64,000 nucleotides of DNA from Squalus acanthias (lineage: Eukaryota): NCBI GenBank assembly GCA_030390025.1, contig JASTWF010000760.1:124001-188000 (forward strand), given 5' to 3'. Below are positions 22,752 to 35,100 of the stretch, one piece after another. The position numbers were made by a program, and so were the translations under genes. How positions within the stretch are numbered: the stretch's first letter is position 1; every line of letters begins with the position of its first letter. The notes under the pieces are model-generated. The model was not told the DNA's origin. It made no database searches and saw only the letters and a program-made list of their open reading frames with translations.

Positions 22752-25700
22752 CCCCCTGAAGGTGCTGACTCTGGCTGGGATCAGTTCTACACTCACTGGT
22801 TCTCCTCCCTCTCCTCCCCTGAAGGTGCTGACTTTGGCTGGGTTCAGTTCTACACTCACTGGTTCCCCTCCCGCTCCTCCCCTGAAGGTGCTGACTTTGG
22901 CTGGGTTCAGTTCTACACTCACTGGTTCTCCTCCCTCTCCTCCCCTGAAGGTGCTGACTTTGGCTGGGTTCAGTTCTACACTCACTGGTTCCCCTCCCGC
23001 TCCTCCCCTGAAGGTGCTGACTCTGGCTGGGTTCAGTTCTACACTCACTGGTTCCCCTCCCTCTCCCCCCTGAAGGTGCTGACTCTGGCTGGGTTCAGTT
23101 CCACACTCACTGATTCCCCTCTCTCTCCCCCCCTGAAGGTACTGACTCTGGCTGGGTTCAGTTCTACACTCACTGGTTCCCCTCCCTCTCCTCCCCTGAA
23201 GGTGCTGACTCTGGCTGGGTTCAGTTCTACACTCACTGGTTCCCCTCTCTCTCCTCCCCTGAAGGTGCTGACTCTGGCTGGGTTCAGTTCTACACTCACT
23301 GGTTCCCCTCCCTCTCCCCGCCTGAAGGTGCTGACTCTGGCTGGGTTCAGTTCTACACTCACTGGTTCCTCTACTCCCCTGAAGGTGCTGACTCTGGCTG
23401 GGTTCAGTTCTACACTCACTGTTTCCCCTCCCTCTCCCCCCTGAAGGTGCTGACTCTGGCTGCGTTCAGTTCTACACTCACTTGTTCCTCTACTCCCCTA
23501 AAGGTGCTGACTCTGGCTGGGTTCAGTTCCACACTCACTGGTTCCCCTCCCTCTCCCCCCCTGAAGGTGCTGACTCTGGCTGGGTTCAGTTCTACACTCA
23601 CTGGTTCCCCTCCCTCTCCTCCCCTGAAGGTGCTGACTCTAGCTGGGTTCAGTTCTACACTCACTGGTTCCCCTCCCTCTCCTCCCCTGAAGGTGCTGAC
23701 TCTAGCTGGGTTCAGTTCCACACTCACTGGCTCTCCTCCCTCTCCTCTCCTGAAGGTGCTGACTCTGGCTGGGTTCAGTTCCACACTCACTGGCTCTCCT
23801 CCCTCTCCTCTCCTGAAGGTGCTGACTCTGGCTGGGTTCAGTTCCACACTCACTGGCTCTCCTTACTCTCCTCCCCTGAAGGTGCTGACTCTGGCTGGGT
23901 TCAGTTCTACTCTCACTGGTTCCTCTCCCTCTCCTCCCCTGAAGGTGCTGACTCTGGCTGGGTTCAGTTCTACACTCACTGGTTCCTCTCCTCCCCTGAA
24001 GGTGCTGACTCTGGCTGGGTTCAGTTCCACACTCACTGGTTCCCCTCTCTCTCCTCCCCTGAAGGTGCTGACTCTGGCTGGGTTCAGTTCTACACTCACT
24101 GGTTCCTCTCCCTCTCCTCCCCTGAAGGTGCTGACTCTGGCTGGGTTCAGTTCTACACTCACTGGTTCCCCTCTCTCTCCTCCCCTGAAGGTGCTGACTC
24201 TGGCTGGGTTCAGTTCTACACTCACTGGTTCCTCTCCCTCTCCTCCCCTGAAGGTGCTGACTCTGGCTGGGTTCAGTTCCACACTCACTGGCTCTCCTCC
24301 CTCTCCTCTCCTGAAGGTGCTGACTCTGGCTGGGTTCAGTTCCACACTCACTGGCTCTCCTTACTCTCCTCCCCTGAAGGGGCTAACTCTGGCTGGGTTC
24401 AGTTCTACTCTCACTGGTTCCTCTCCCTCTCCTCCCCTGAAGGTGCTGACTCTGGCTGGGTTCAGTTCTACACTCACTGGTTCCCCTCCCTCTCCCCCCC
24501 TGAAGGTGCTGACTCTGGCTGCGTTCAGTTCTACACTCACTTGTTCCTCTACTCCCCTAAAGGTGCTGACTCTGGCTGGGTTCAGTTCTACACTCACTGG
24601 TTCTCTCTCTCTCCTCCCCTGAAGGTGCTGATTCTGGCTGGGTTCAGTTCTACATTCACTGGTTCCCCTCCCTCTCCTCCCCTGAAGATGCTGACTCTGG
24701 CTGGGTTCAGTTCTACACTCACTGGTTCCTCTCTCTCCTCCCCTGAAGGTGCTGACTCTGGCTGGGTTCAGTTCTACACTCACTGGTTCCCCTCTCTCTC
24801 CTCCCCTGAAGGTGCTGACTCTGGCTGGGTTCAGTTCTGCACTCACTGGTTCCCCTCCCTCTCCTCCCCTGAAGGTGCTGACTCTGGCTGGGTTCAGTTC
24901 TACACTCACTGGTTCCCCTCACTCTCCTCCCCTGAAGGTGCTGACTCTGGCTGGGTTCAGTTCTACACTCACTGGTTCCCCTCCCTCTCTCTCCTCCCCT
25001 GAAGGTGCTGACTCTGGCTGGGTTCAGTTCTACACTCACTGGTTCCCCTCCCTCTCCTCCCCTGAAGGTGCTGACTCTGGCTGGGTTCAGTTCTACACTC
25101 ACTGGTTCCTCTCTCTCCTCCCCTGAAGGTGCTGACTCTGGCTGGGTTCAGTTCTACACTCACTGGTTCCCCTCTCTCTCCTCCCCTGAAGGTGCTGACT
25201 CTGGCTGGGTTCAGTTCTGCACTCACTGGTTCCCCTCCCTCTCCTCCCCTGAAGGTGCTGACTCTGGCTGGGTTCAGTTCTACACTCACTGGTTCCCCTC
25301 ACTCTCCTCCCCTGAAGGTGCTGACTCTGGCTGGGTTCAGTTCTACACTCACTGGTTCCCCTCCCTCTCTCCTCCCCTGAAGGTGCTGACTCTGGCTGGG
25401 TTCAGTTCTACACTCACTGGTTCCCCTCCCTCTCCTCCCCTGAAGGTGCTGACTCTGGCTGGGTTCAGTTCTACACTCACTGGTTCCCCTCACTCTCCTC
25501 CCCTGAAGGTGCTGACTCTGGCTGGGTTCAGTTCTACACTCACTGGTTCCCCTCCCTCTCTCCTCCCCTGAAGGTGCTGACTCTGGCTGGGTTCAGTTCT
25601 ACACTCACTGGTTCCTCTCCTCCCCTGAAGGTGCTGACTCTGGCTGGGTTCAGTTCTACACTCACTGGTTCCCCTCCCTCTCCTCCCCTGAAGGTGCTGA

Positions 25701-26611
25701 CTCTGGCTGGGTTCAGTTCTACACTCACTGGTTCCCCTCCCTCTCTCTCCCCTGAAGGTGCTGACTCTGGCTGGGTTCAGTTCTACACTCACTGGTTCCC
25801 CTCCCTCTCTCCTCCCCTGAAGGTGCTGACTCTGGCTGGGTTCAGTTCTACACTCACTGGTTCCCCTCCCTCTCCTCCCCTGAAGGTGCTGACTCTGGCT
25901 GGGTTCAGTTCTACACTCACTGGTTCCCCTCCCTCTCCTCCCCTGAAGGTGCTGACTCTGGCTGGGTTCAGTTCTACACTCACTGGTTCCCCTCCCTCTC
26001 CTCCCCTGAAGGTGCTGACTCTGGCTGGGTTCAGTTCTACACTCACTGGTTCCTCTCCCTCTCCTCCCTGAAGGTGCTGACTCTGGCTGGGTTCAGTTCT
26101 ACACTCACTGGTTCCCCTCCCTCCCTCTCCTCCCCTGAAGGTGCTGACTCTGGCTGGGTTCAGTTCTACACTCACTGGTTCCCTCACTCTCCTCCCCTGA
26201 AGGTGCTGACTCTGGCTGGGTTCAGTTCTACACTCACTGGTTCCCCTCCCTCTCCTCCCCTGAAGGTGCTGACTCTGGCTGGGTTCAGTTCTACACTCAC
26301 TGGTTCCTCTCCCTCTCCTCCCCTGAAGGTGCTGACTCTGGCTGGGTTCAGTTCTACACTCACTGGTTCCCCTCCCTCTCCTCCCCTGAAGGTGCTGACT
26401 CTGGCTGGGTTCAGTTCTGCACTCACTGGCTCTCCTCACTCTCCTCCCCTGAAGGTGCTGACTCTGGCTGGGTTCAGTTCTACACTCACTGGTTCCCCTC
26501 TCTCTCCTCCCCTGAAGGTGCTGACTCTGGCTGGGTTCAGTTCTACACTCACTGGTTCCCCTCCCTCTCTCCTCCCCTGAAGGTGCTGACTCTGGCTGGG
26601 TTCAGTTCTAC
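22752..26611. repeat. ~63-bp minisatellite, ~60 copies
   Basis: Constant core cctgaaggtgctgactctggctgggttcagttctacactcactgg plus a length-variable pyrimidine tract. Confidence 0.97.
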
Positions 26612-26617
26612 AATTGT

Positions 26618-27705
26618 ACAAAAGTAAAATACTGCAGCTACTGGAAACCTGAAATAAAACAGAAAATTCTGGAAATACTCAGGCAGCATCTGCGGAGACA
26701 GAAAGAGTTAACATTTCAGGTGAATGACCTTTCAGCAGAACTGGAAAAATTTAGAGATGTAACAGGTTTTAAGCAAGTGCAGAGGCAGGGAAAGGGGGTG
26801 AGGAGGAAAGAACAAAGGGAAAGTCTGTGATAGGGTGGAAGGCAGGAGAGATTAAATGGCTAAAGGGATGATTGTACAAAGCAAAAAGAGATGGTAATGG
26901 GAGAAGGAAAGAAACAAAAGATGGGTTTAGTGGAGGTGTAAATGGGAATAGCAGAATCATCAACAGCTCACAGAATCACAGAATCCCCACAGTGCAGATA
27001 GAGGCCATTTCGGCCCATCGAGCCTGCACCGACACATATCCCACCCTATCCCCGTAACCCCACGTATTTAATCCCCCCTAACACTAAGGGTCAATTTATC
27101 ATAGCCAAATCAACCTAACCCGCACATCTTTGGACTGTGGGAGGAAACCGGAGCACCCGGAGGAAACCCACGCAGACACGGGGAGAATGTGCAAACTCCA
27201 CACAGACAGTCACCCGAGGCCGGATTCGGACCCGGGTCCCTGGCGCTGTGAGGCAACAGTGCTAACCACTATGCCACCGTGTTGCCCCACGTGCTGCTGT
27301 ACTAAACAATGGGAGCGGTGGTTATGATCTGAAATTGTTGAACTCAAGGTTGAGTCCGGAAGGTTGTAAAGTGCCTAATTGAAAGGTGAAATGCTGTTCC
27401 TTGAGCTTACATTGAGCTTCATTAGAACAGTGGAGGAGGCTGAGGACAGAGAGGTCAGAGTGGGAGTGGTACGGAGAATTAAACTGACAGGCGACTGGAA
27501 ACTCAGAGTCACGCTTGCGACTGAACGGAGGTGTTCCCCAAAGCGATCACCCAATCTGCGTTTGGTCTCTCCAATGTAGAGGAGCAGTGAATACAGGATA
27601 CTGAATTGAAAGGAGTACAAGTAAATCGCTGTTTCACCTGGAAGGAGTGTTTGGGGCCCTGGACGGTGGGAAGGGAGGAGGTGAAAGGGCAGGTGTTGCA
27701 TCTCC
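26618..27705 (-). mobile_element. Penelope-like element remnant (GIY-YIG), interrupted by an HE1 SINE
   Basis: LYIGETKRRLGDRF; terminal region matches 63291-63390. Confidence 0.75.
26969..27288 (-). mobile_element. HE1-type V-SINE
   Basis: tRNA-like head plus V-domain GGAGTTTGCACATTCTCCCCGTGTCTGCGTGGGTTTCC and a CR1-like tail. Confidence 0.85.
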
Positions 27706-27706
27706 C

Positions 27707-28020
27707 ATTGTAATGTAGGAAATGCGGCAGCCAACTTACGCACAGCAAGCTCCCACAACCAGCAATGTGATAATGAGCAGATAATCTATTTTAGTGATGT
27801 TGATTGGGGGATATATATTGGCCAGGACACCGAGGTAACGTCCCTGCTCTTCTTCGAAATAGTGCCATGGGATCTTTTACATCCACCTGAGAGCAGACGG
27901 GGCCTCGGTTTAACGTCTCATCTGAAAGACGGCACCTCCGACAGTGCAGCTCTCCCTCAGCACTGCACTGGAGTGTCAGCCTGGATTTTTGTGCTCAAGT
28001 CTCTGGAGTGGAACTTGAAC
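27707..28020 (-). mobile_element. SacSINE1-like (Deu-domain) SINE, truncated
   Basis: Matches the copies at 47738 and 58578. Confidence 0.8.
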
Positions 28021-28199
28021 AGTTCTGAGCACATGGGGACTAAATCTGGGGCCCTTCTGTTACAATCCTGTGGGATGTAAATCGTAACCCCGGCACTTCC
28101 CAGCGCCTTCAGGAGAGACAGTGAGAAACCCGCTGTGTGCAGAGTGAGAATAAAATCAATGAGTCAATGATTGTCTCTCCTGGTCACTGGGACCCTGAA

Positions 28200-28600
28200 G
28201 CCCCGCCCACTCTTTGTTCCTTTGCTAAGATGGCCGCGCATGCGCAGTGCTACTTGCTGAATCATGATGGCGGTGCACAAACCCTCCCGCATTCCCTTAC
28301 AAAGATGGCGGCCGTTAACCTGGGCCTGTTTTCAGGAAAAAGCCCGATAGCTCCAAACGCAGGAGCTGTAGGTTATTATTCGGGGCTTGCGACCTACGCC
28401 AGCTGTTGATGAAGCCTTTCCCCTCCACCCGCCTGCTCTATTACTGCCCCGCGCCTCGCCGCTTCGTACCCACTGCGGAATCGCGCTCCCGACATCTGTC
28501 AGCCTGCAGCCTCGGCCTGTCTCCGGTACACCGCACTGCGCATGCTCCAAACACAGCCCGGTCCTGCGCCTGCGCGCTGGGCTCCTGTAGTCTGGGTGCG
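28200..28600. promoter_or_regulatory. CpG-rich promoter-like module with YY1 and NRF1 motifs
   Basis: AAGATGGCCGC, GATGGCGG, AAGATGGCGGCC and GCGCATGCGC; partly repeated at 63060-63190. Confidence 0.55.
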
Positions 28601-29315
28601 GCACATTCCCCACCGCCCGGAATGCTGGGTAAAAGCCCCATTGAAAGACCATATTAGTGAATAGAACATGATTCACTATGATTATATTGAGGACTGAACC
28701 ATGTTATGGTTCGTTTCTGAAAATCTTAATAACCCCTATAATTGGCTGGAGATTAATATTCTTTATAAATATTTAAAATAAATATTTGTTTTAAACGCAG
28801 TGTGTCGAATATTTGATTTCTCCATGATAAGAGACTAATTTAATGTTCTGTTACCGACTGTAACATTTTTCAGCCTTTTCTTACTCGATATTATTTCAGT
28901 TCTCATCTCGTTTGCCTTCGACCACATCAAACTCCAAGCTTGTTCCGTTTGAGTACATGGCTTGTGGGTGTCACAGACTGAACTGTAGTGTCTCACTTAC
29001 ACTCATCTGAAATTCCTTTGAACCACCCCTTTACAGAACTATCTTGCATAAGATTTGAAATCAGTTATTTTCTGTATCATTTATCACTTTTTTGGATCCG
29101 ATTTCGTAAAACTCCTCCACACATACTGCATATGACAATCTTTGAAATGTTCTGATCTTTGTAACTGTCATTGCTGATTTTGATGGTCTCGTTGATTTAA
29201 TCTCTTGTTACTAACATACCTTGCACTATTTCTTTAATTGAGATAATTGTTTCAAATACTTCCTTTATCAGGTCTTTAGTTCCTCCATTGATCTCTGTCA
29301 ATAGTCCTTGGTCAG

Positions 29316-30120
29316 GGGCTGGGGTTAGGGTGTAGGTTTAGGGGTTAGTGGCTGTGGCTAGTGGTTATTGGTTAGGATTGGGGTTCGTGGTTGGGGCTAG
29401 TGGCTATTGGTTACGATTGGAGTTAGTGGTTGGGCTAGTCGTTCTTGGTTAGGATTGGGGTTATTGGTTAGGATTGGGGTTAGTGATGGGGTTACTGGTT
29501 ATTGGATAGGATTGGGGTTAGTGGTTGGGGCTAGTGGTTATTGGTTAGGATTGGGGTTAGTGGTTGGGGCTCATGGTCCTTGCTTAGGATTGGGGTTAGT
29601 GGTTATTGGTTAGGATTGGGGTTAGTGGTTGGGGCTCATGGTCCTTGCTTAGGATTGGGGTTAGTGGTTATTGGTTATAATTGGGGTTAGTGGTTGGGGT
29701 TAGTGGTTATTGGTTAGGATTGGGGTTAGTGGTTGGGGCTAGTGGTTCTTGTTTAGGATTGGGTTAGTGGTTGGGGCTAGTGGTCTTGGTTAGGATTGGG
29801 TTAGTGGCTGGGGCTAGTGGTTATTGGTTAGAATTGGGGTTAGTGGTTGGGGCTAGTGGTTATTGGTTAGATTGGGGTTAGTGGTTGGGCTAGTGGTTCT
29901 TGGTTAGGATTGGGGCTAGTGATGGGGCTCATGGTCCTTGCTTAGGATTGGGGTTAGTGGTTGGGGCTAGTGGTTATTGGTTAGGATTGGGATTAGTGGT
30001 TGGGGCTAGTGGTCTTGGTTAGGATTGGGGTTAATGCTGGGCTAGGTCTTGCTTAGGACTGGGGTTAGTGGTTGGGGGTAGTCAATAGGATGTTGGCCTT
30101 AGGAGTTAGGGATTAGGGAT
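29316..30120. repeat. G-rich ~39-bp satellite with telomere-like GGTTAG subunits
   Basis: Unit ttggttaggattggggttagtggttggggctagtggtta. Confidence 0.9.
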
Positions 30121-30499
30121 AGAAACCACTATTGACAACGCCAGTGTCACTGGATGCGTCCTTTTTCATTTAATGTTTTTTAACTTTACGCAGTCATGAA
30201 ACAGCCTCATGAATTGTTCATTCAAGGAATCTTCTTTCTGGCCCGAGTCCAATTTTACCCCTTCTTTCACATCTTTACATTTCGCACAGAACAATATTTT
30301 CGCGACAAGAACAGGCGGATCCAGGTGTTGCGCAGATTACATCCACTCATTGGCCTGCCTGAAAAGGGTTTCTGACAACAACTTGTCACCAGGCCCCACC
30401 AGTTGCCATCTGATTCCACCGTCAAATCTTCATCCATTACCCACCATTTACCATCATGACCATTCCACATACTGAGGCTCTCTGATTCCCATTTTATAG

Positions 30500-30862
30500 T
30501 CTCAGTGTAAGTGGTCCCTGGATTTGGTGTCACACTGTAAGTGGTCCCTGTATTTAGTGTCTGAGTGTAAGTGGTCCCTGGATTTGGTGTCACAATGTAA
30601 GTGGTCCCTGTATTTAGTGTCTGAATGTAAGTGGTCCCTGGATTTGGTGTCACAATATAAGTGGTCCCTGTATTTAGTGTCTGAGTGTAAGTGGTCCCTG
30701 GATTTGGTGTCACAATATAAGTGGTCCCTGTATTTAGTGTCTGAGTGTAAGTGGTCCCTGGATTTGGTCTCACAATATAAGTGGTCCCTGTATTTAATGT
30801 CTGAGTGTAAGTGGTCCCTCGATTTGGTGTCACAATGTAAGTGGTCCCTGGATTTGGTCTCA
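30500..30862. repeat. 30-bp minisatellite arranged as 60-bp dimers (~12 monomers)
   Basis: Alternating ...gtggtccctggatttggtgtc / ...gtggtccctgtatttagtgtc. Confidence 0.92.
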
Positions 30863-32106
30863 GGGAGGAAACTCGCTGTCTCCACCTCCTCATCCCAGTT
30901 CTTCACTCAGCAGCTTTTGATCTTTTTCTGGGCTCTCTTTTCCCAGACATGGGCAAGGACGTGAGGCTCATTAAAAGACACACTCATTTCATAACAGCAA
31001 AGGTTACACTGGGACAAATCTTCAGTTATTTTCCATTACAGGCAAAATGCAGAGCGGTCCAGCAGCACATGGCACCTGAACAGAGTCTCATCGGCCTACA
31101 ATATAGAGCTGGAGGATTGGGCCGTGATCTGTTTACTTGTTCATCACTTGTTCAATACATTTGCTGGGTGCAATTAAATTGAAAACCAGGCTTGCAGTAA
31201 TAGTCATGATCGCACCCCTGTGGATGTTCCAGGTCGTCTATTTATAGTTATCCTGGTGTCTAACACACACACATCAATAAAACAGGGAGTTCCTGGAAAC
31301 ACGCTGCAGGTCCTTCTTTATCTGGAGATCAAATGTCTGTTGAAAAATTGTACCAGCAGTTAACAGGCTCCTGTGAACTCCCCCCTCTGCTATTTTAATG
31401 CAGACTTTAACCAATTTATTTTAAATGGGTTTATTTTAAATGAGTTAATGCCTGCCTTAAAATGGTAGACTCAGGACTGTCACACAAACACGTTAAATCT
31501 ACATAGAATAATTATCAGAGTCATTTTTAAACTGGAAACTTAAACCTGTTTCACTTTCAGTCAGGAACAGATCGCAGTTTGACACCAATCTCTGATTTGA
31601 CAGCACGTTTCCAGCATTCACCGTTGTTCTTCCTGACTCTAAACACAGTTGTAAAGGAGCCTTCTGTTCTGTGCCTAGGAGCTCTGAACCATGGAAGAGA
31701 GCGGCTGGGACACATTTCTCACATGCCTCGAGATTAACCCACACGGCGACTTTGCTGTCAGTGAAGAGAGACGAGAAAGACCAAAGTGCCGTTTGCCCCT
31801 CTCAGTGTGGCCCTGAAGGACTGTGTCCAGGCTGTAGTTCTGTTCCCGCCGTACGATCCTCCCCCAGATTGTCCTTTCTGAGCTCCAGCCAGGTGATGCT
31901 AAACACTCAGGTGGGAAAGACAAAAATCTACAACAATGTGTTTAAAACAAAACTGATTTATTTGACATATATCCAGAATATTAAACTCCAGCCCAGTTAC
32001 AGGAGTTATTAACATCAGCAGAAACAAACCCCAACTTTCAGAATGACATGGTTCAGTCCTGGATGTGATTAACAGCAGCAATAACAGCAGAATCCAACCC
32101 CTGCAA

Positions 32107-35100
32107 TCATTTGTGAACTCGCTGGTGTCTCAGCATGCTGGATAAATGAGTGAATCCCTTCCCACATACGGAGCAGGTGAATGCCCTCTCCCCAGAGTGA
32201 ATTCGCTGGTGTATCAGCAGGCTAGATGACTGAGTGAATCCTTTCCCACACACGGAGCAGGAGAACGGTCTCTCCCCAGTGTGAACTCGATGGTGTATCA
32301 CCAAATCCTTTTTGTTTTTAAAGCTCTTCTCACAATCAGAGCATTGAAAAGCTCGATCACCAGTGTGAACAAGTTGGTGTTCAGTGAGGTGGGATGACCG
32401 AGCGAATCCCTTCCCACACACGGAGCAGGTGAATGGTCTCTCTCCAGTGTGAACTCGCTGGTGTGCTAGCAAATCCCTTTTGCTTTTAAAGCTCTTCTCA
32501 CAGTCAGAGCATTGAAAAGGTCTGTCATCAGAGTGAACAAGTAGGTGTTCAGTGAGGTGCGATGACCGAGTGAATCCCCTCCCACACTCAGAGCATTTGA
32601 ACGGCCTCTCTCCAGTGTGAGTGCTTTGATGTGCCAGCAGATCCTTTTTGCTTTTAAATCTCTTATCACAGTAAGAACATTTACAAGGTCTCTTATTGGT
32701 GTGAACAAGTTGGTGTTTAGTGAGGTTGGATGACTGAGAGAATCCCTTCCCACACTCAGGGCAGGTGAATGGCCTCTCCCCAGTGTGAACTCGCTTGTGT
32801 GTCAGCAGGTGGAATGAAGAAGTGAATCCCTTCCCACACACGGAGCAGGTGAACGGCCTCTCCCCGGTGTGAGTGCGCTGGTGTACAGTGAGTTCAGATG
32901 ACTGCCTGAACCCAGTCCCGCAGTCCGAGCATTTAAAAGATCCATCATCAGTGTGAACACACTGATGACACACCAGGTCCTCGTTACTTTTATAACACTT
33001 CCCACAGTCCGAGCATTTAAAAGATCTCTCGTCAGTGTGAACACACTGATGACACACCAGGTCCTCGGAACTTTTATAACACTTCCCGCAGTCCGAGCAT
33101 TTAAAAGATCTCTCGTCAGTGTGAACACATTGATGACAAGTCAGGTCCTCGTTACTTTTATAGCACTTCCCACAGTCCGAGCATTTAAAAGATCTCTCGT
33201 CAGTGTGAACACACTGATGACACATCAAGTCCTCGGAACTTTTATAACACTTCCCGCAGTCCGAGCATTTAAAAGATCTCTCGTCACTGTGAACACACTG
33301 ATGACAAGTCAGGTCCTCGTTACTTTTATAACACTTCCCACAGTCCGAGCATTTAAAAGATCTCTCGTCAGTGTGAACACACTGATGACAAGTCAGGTCC
33401 TCGGAACTTTTATAACACTTCCCACAGTCCGAGCATTTAAAAGATCTCTCGTCAGTGTGAACACACTGATGACAAGTCAGGTCCTCGGAACTTTTATAAC
33501 ACTTCCCACAGTCCGAGCATTTAAAAGATCTCTCGTCAGTGTGAACACACTGATGACAAGTCAGGTCCTCGGAACTTTTATAACACTTCCCACAGTCCGA
33601 GCATTTAAAAGATCTCTCGTCAGTGTGAACACATTGATGACACACCAGGTCCTCGTTACTTTTATAACACTTCCCACAGTCCGAGCATTTAAAAGATCTC
33701 TCGTCAGTGTGAACACACTGATGACACACCAGGTCCTCGGAACTTTTATAACACTTCCCACAGTCCGAGCATTTAAAAGATCTCTCGTCAGTGTGAACAC
33801 ACTGATGACAAGTCAGGTCCTCGGAACTTTTATAACACTTCCCACAGTCCGAGCATTTAAAAGATCTCTCGTCAGTGTGAACACATTGATGACAAGTCAG
33901 GTCCTCGGAACTTTTATAACACTTCCCACAGTCCGAGCATTTAAAAGATCTCTCGTCAGTGTGAACACATTGATGACACACCAGGTCCTCGTTACTTTTA
34001 TAACACTTCCCACAGTCCGAGCATTTAAAAGATCTCTCGTCAGTGTGAACACACTGATGACACACCAGGTCCTCGGAACTTTTATAACACTTCCCACAGT
34101 CCGAGCATTTAAAAGATCTCTCGTCAGTGTGAACACATTGATGACACACCAGGTCCTCGTTACTTTTATAACACTTCCCACAGTCCGAGCATTTAAAAGA
34201 TCTCTCGTCAGTGTGAACACACTGATGACACACCAGGTCCTCGGAACTTTTATAACACTTCCCACAGTCCGAGCATTTAAAAGATCTCTCGTCAGTGTGA
34301 ACACATTGATGACAAGTCAGGTCCTCGGAACTTTTATAACACTTCCCACAGTCCGAGCATTTAAAAGATCTCTCGTCAGTGTGAACACATTGATGACACG
34401 TCAGATCCCCGGAACTTTTATAACACTTCCCACAGTCCGAGCATTTAAAAGATCTCTCGTCAGTGTGAACACATTGATGACACACCAGGTCCTCGTTACT
34501 TTTATAACACTTCCCACAGTCCGAGCATTTAAAAGATCTCTCGTCAGTGTGAACACACTGATGACACACCAGGTCCTCGGAACTTTTATAACACTTCCCA
34601 CAGTCCGAGCATTTAAAAGATCTCTCGTCAGTGTGAACACATTGATGACACGTCAAGTCCTCGGAACTTTTATAACACTTCCCACAGTCCGAGCATTTAA
34701 AAGATCTCTCGTCAGTATGAACACACTGATGACAAGTCAGGTCCTCGGAACTTTTATAACACTTCCCACAGTCCGAGCATTTAAAAGATCTCTCGTCAGT
34801 GTGAACACACTGATGACAAGTCAGGTCCTCGTTACTTTTATAACACTTCCCACAGTCCGAGCATTTAAAAGATCTCTCGTCAGTGTGAACACACTGATGA
34901 CAAGTCAGGTCCTCGGAACTTTTATAACACTTCCCACAGTCCGAGCATTTAAAAGATCTCTCGTCAGTGTGAACACACTGATGACAAGTCAGGTCCTCGG
35001 AACTTTTATAACACTTCCCACAGTCCGAGCATTTAAAAGATCTCTCGTCAGTGTGAACACACTGATGACAAGTCAGGTCCTCGGAACTTTTATAACACTT

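Noticed and set aside
22752-26611. CRISPR-like constant repeat plus variable spacer; many long ORFs
   Set aside because: The spacers are slippage variants of one pyrimidine tract, not unique sequences. There are no cas genes and the context is eukaryotic. The ORFs come from the ~63-bp periodicity and frameshift repeatedly.
30267-30964. Repetitive 134-208-aa ORFs
   Set aside because: Produced by the 30/60-bp minisatellite; no other coding evidence
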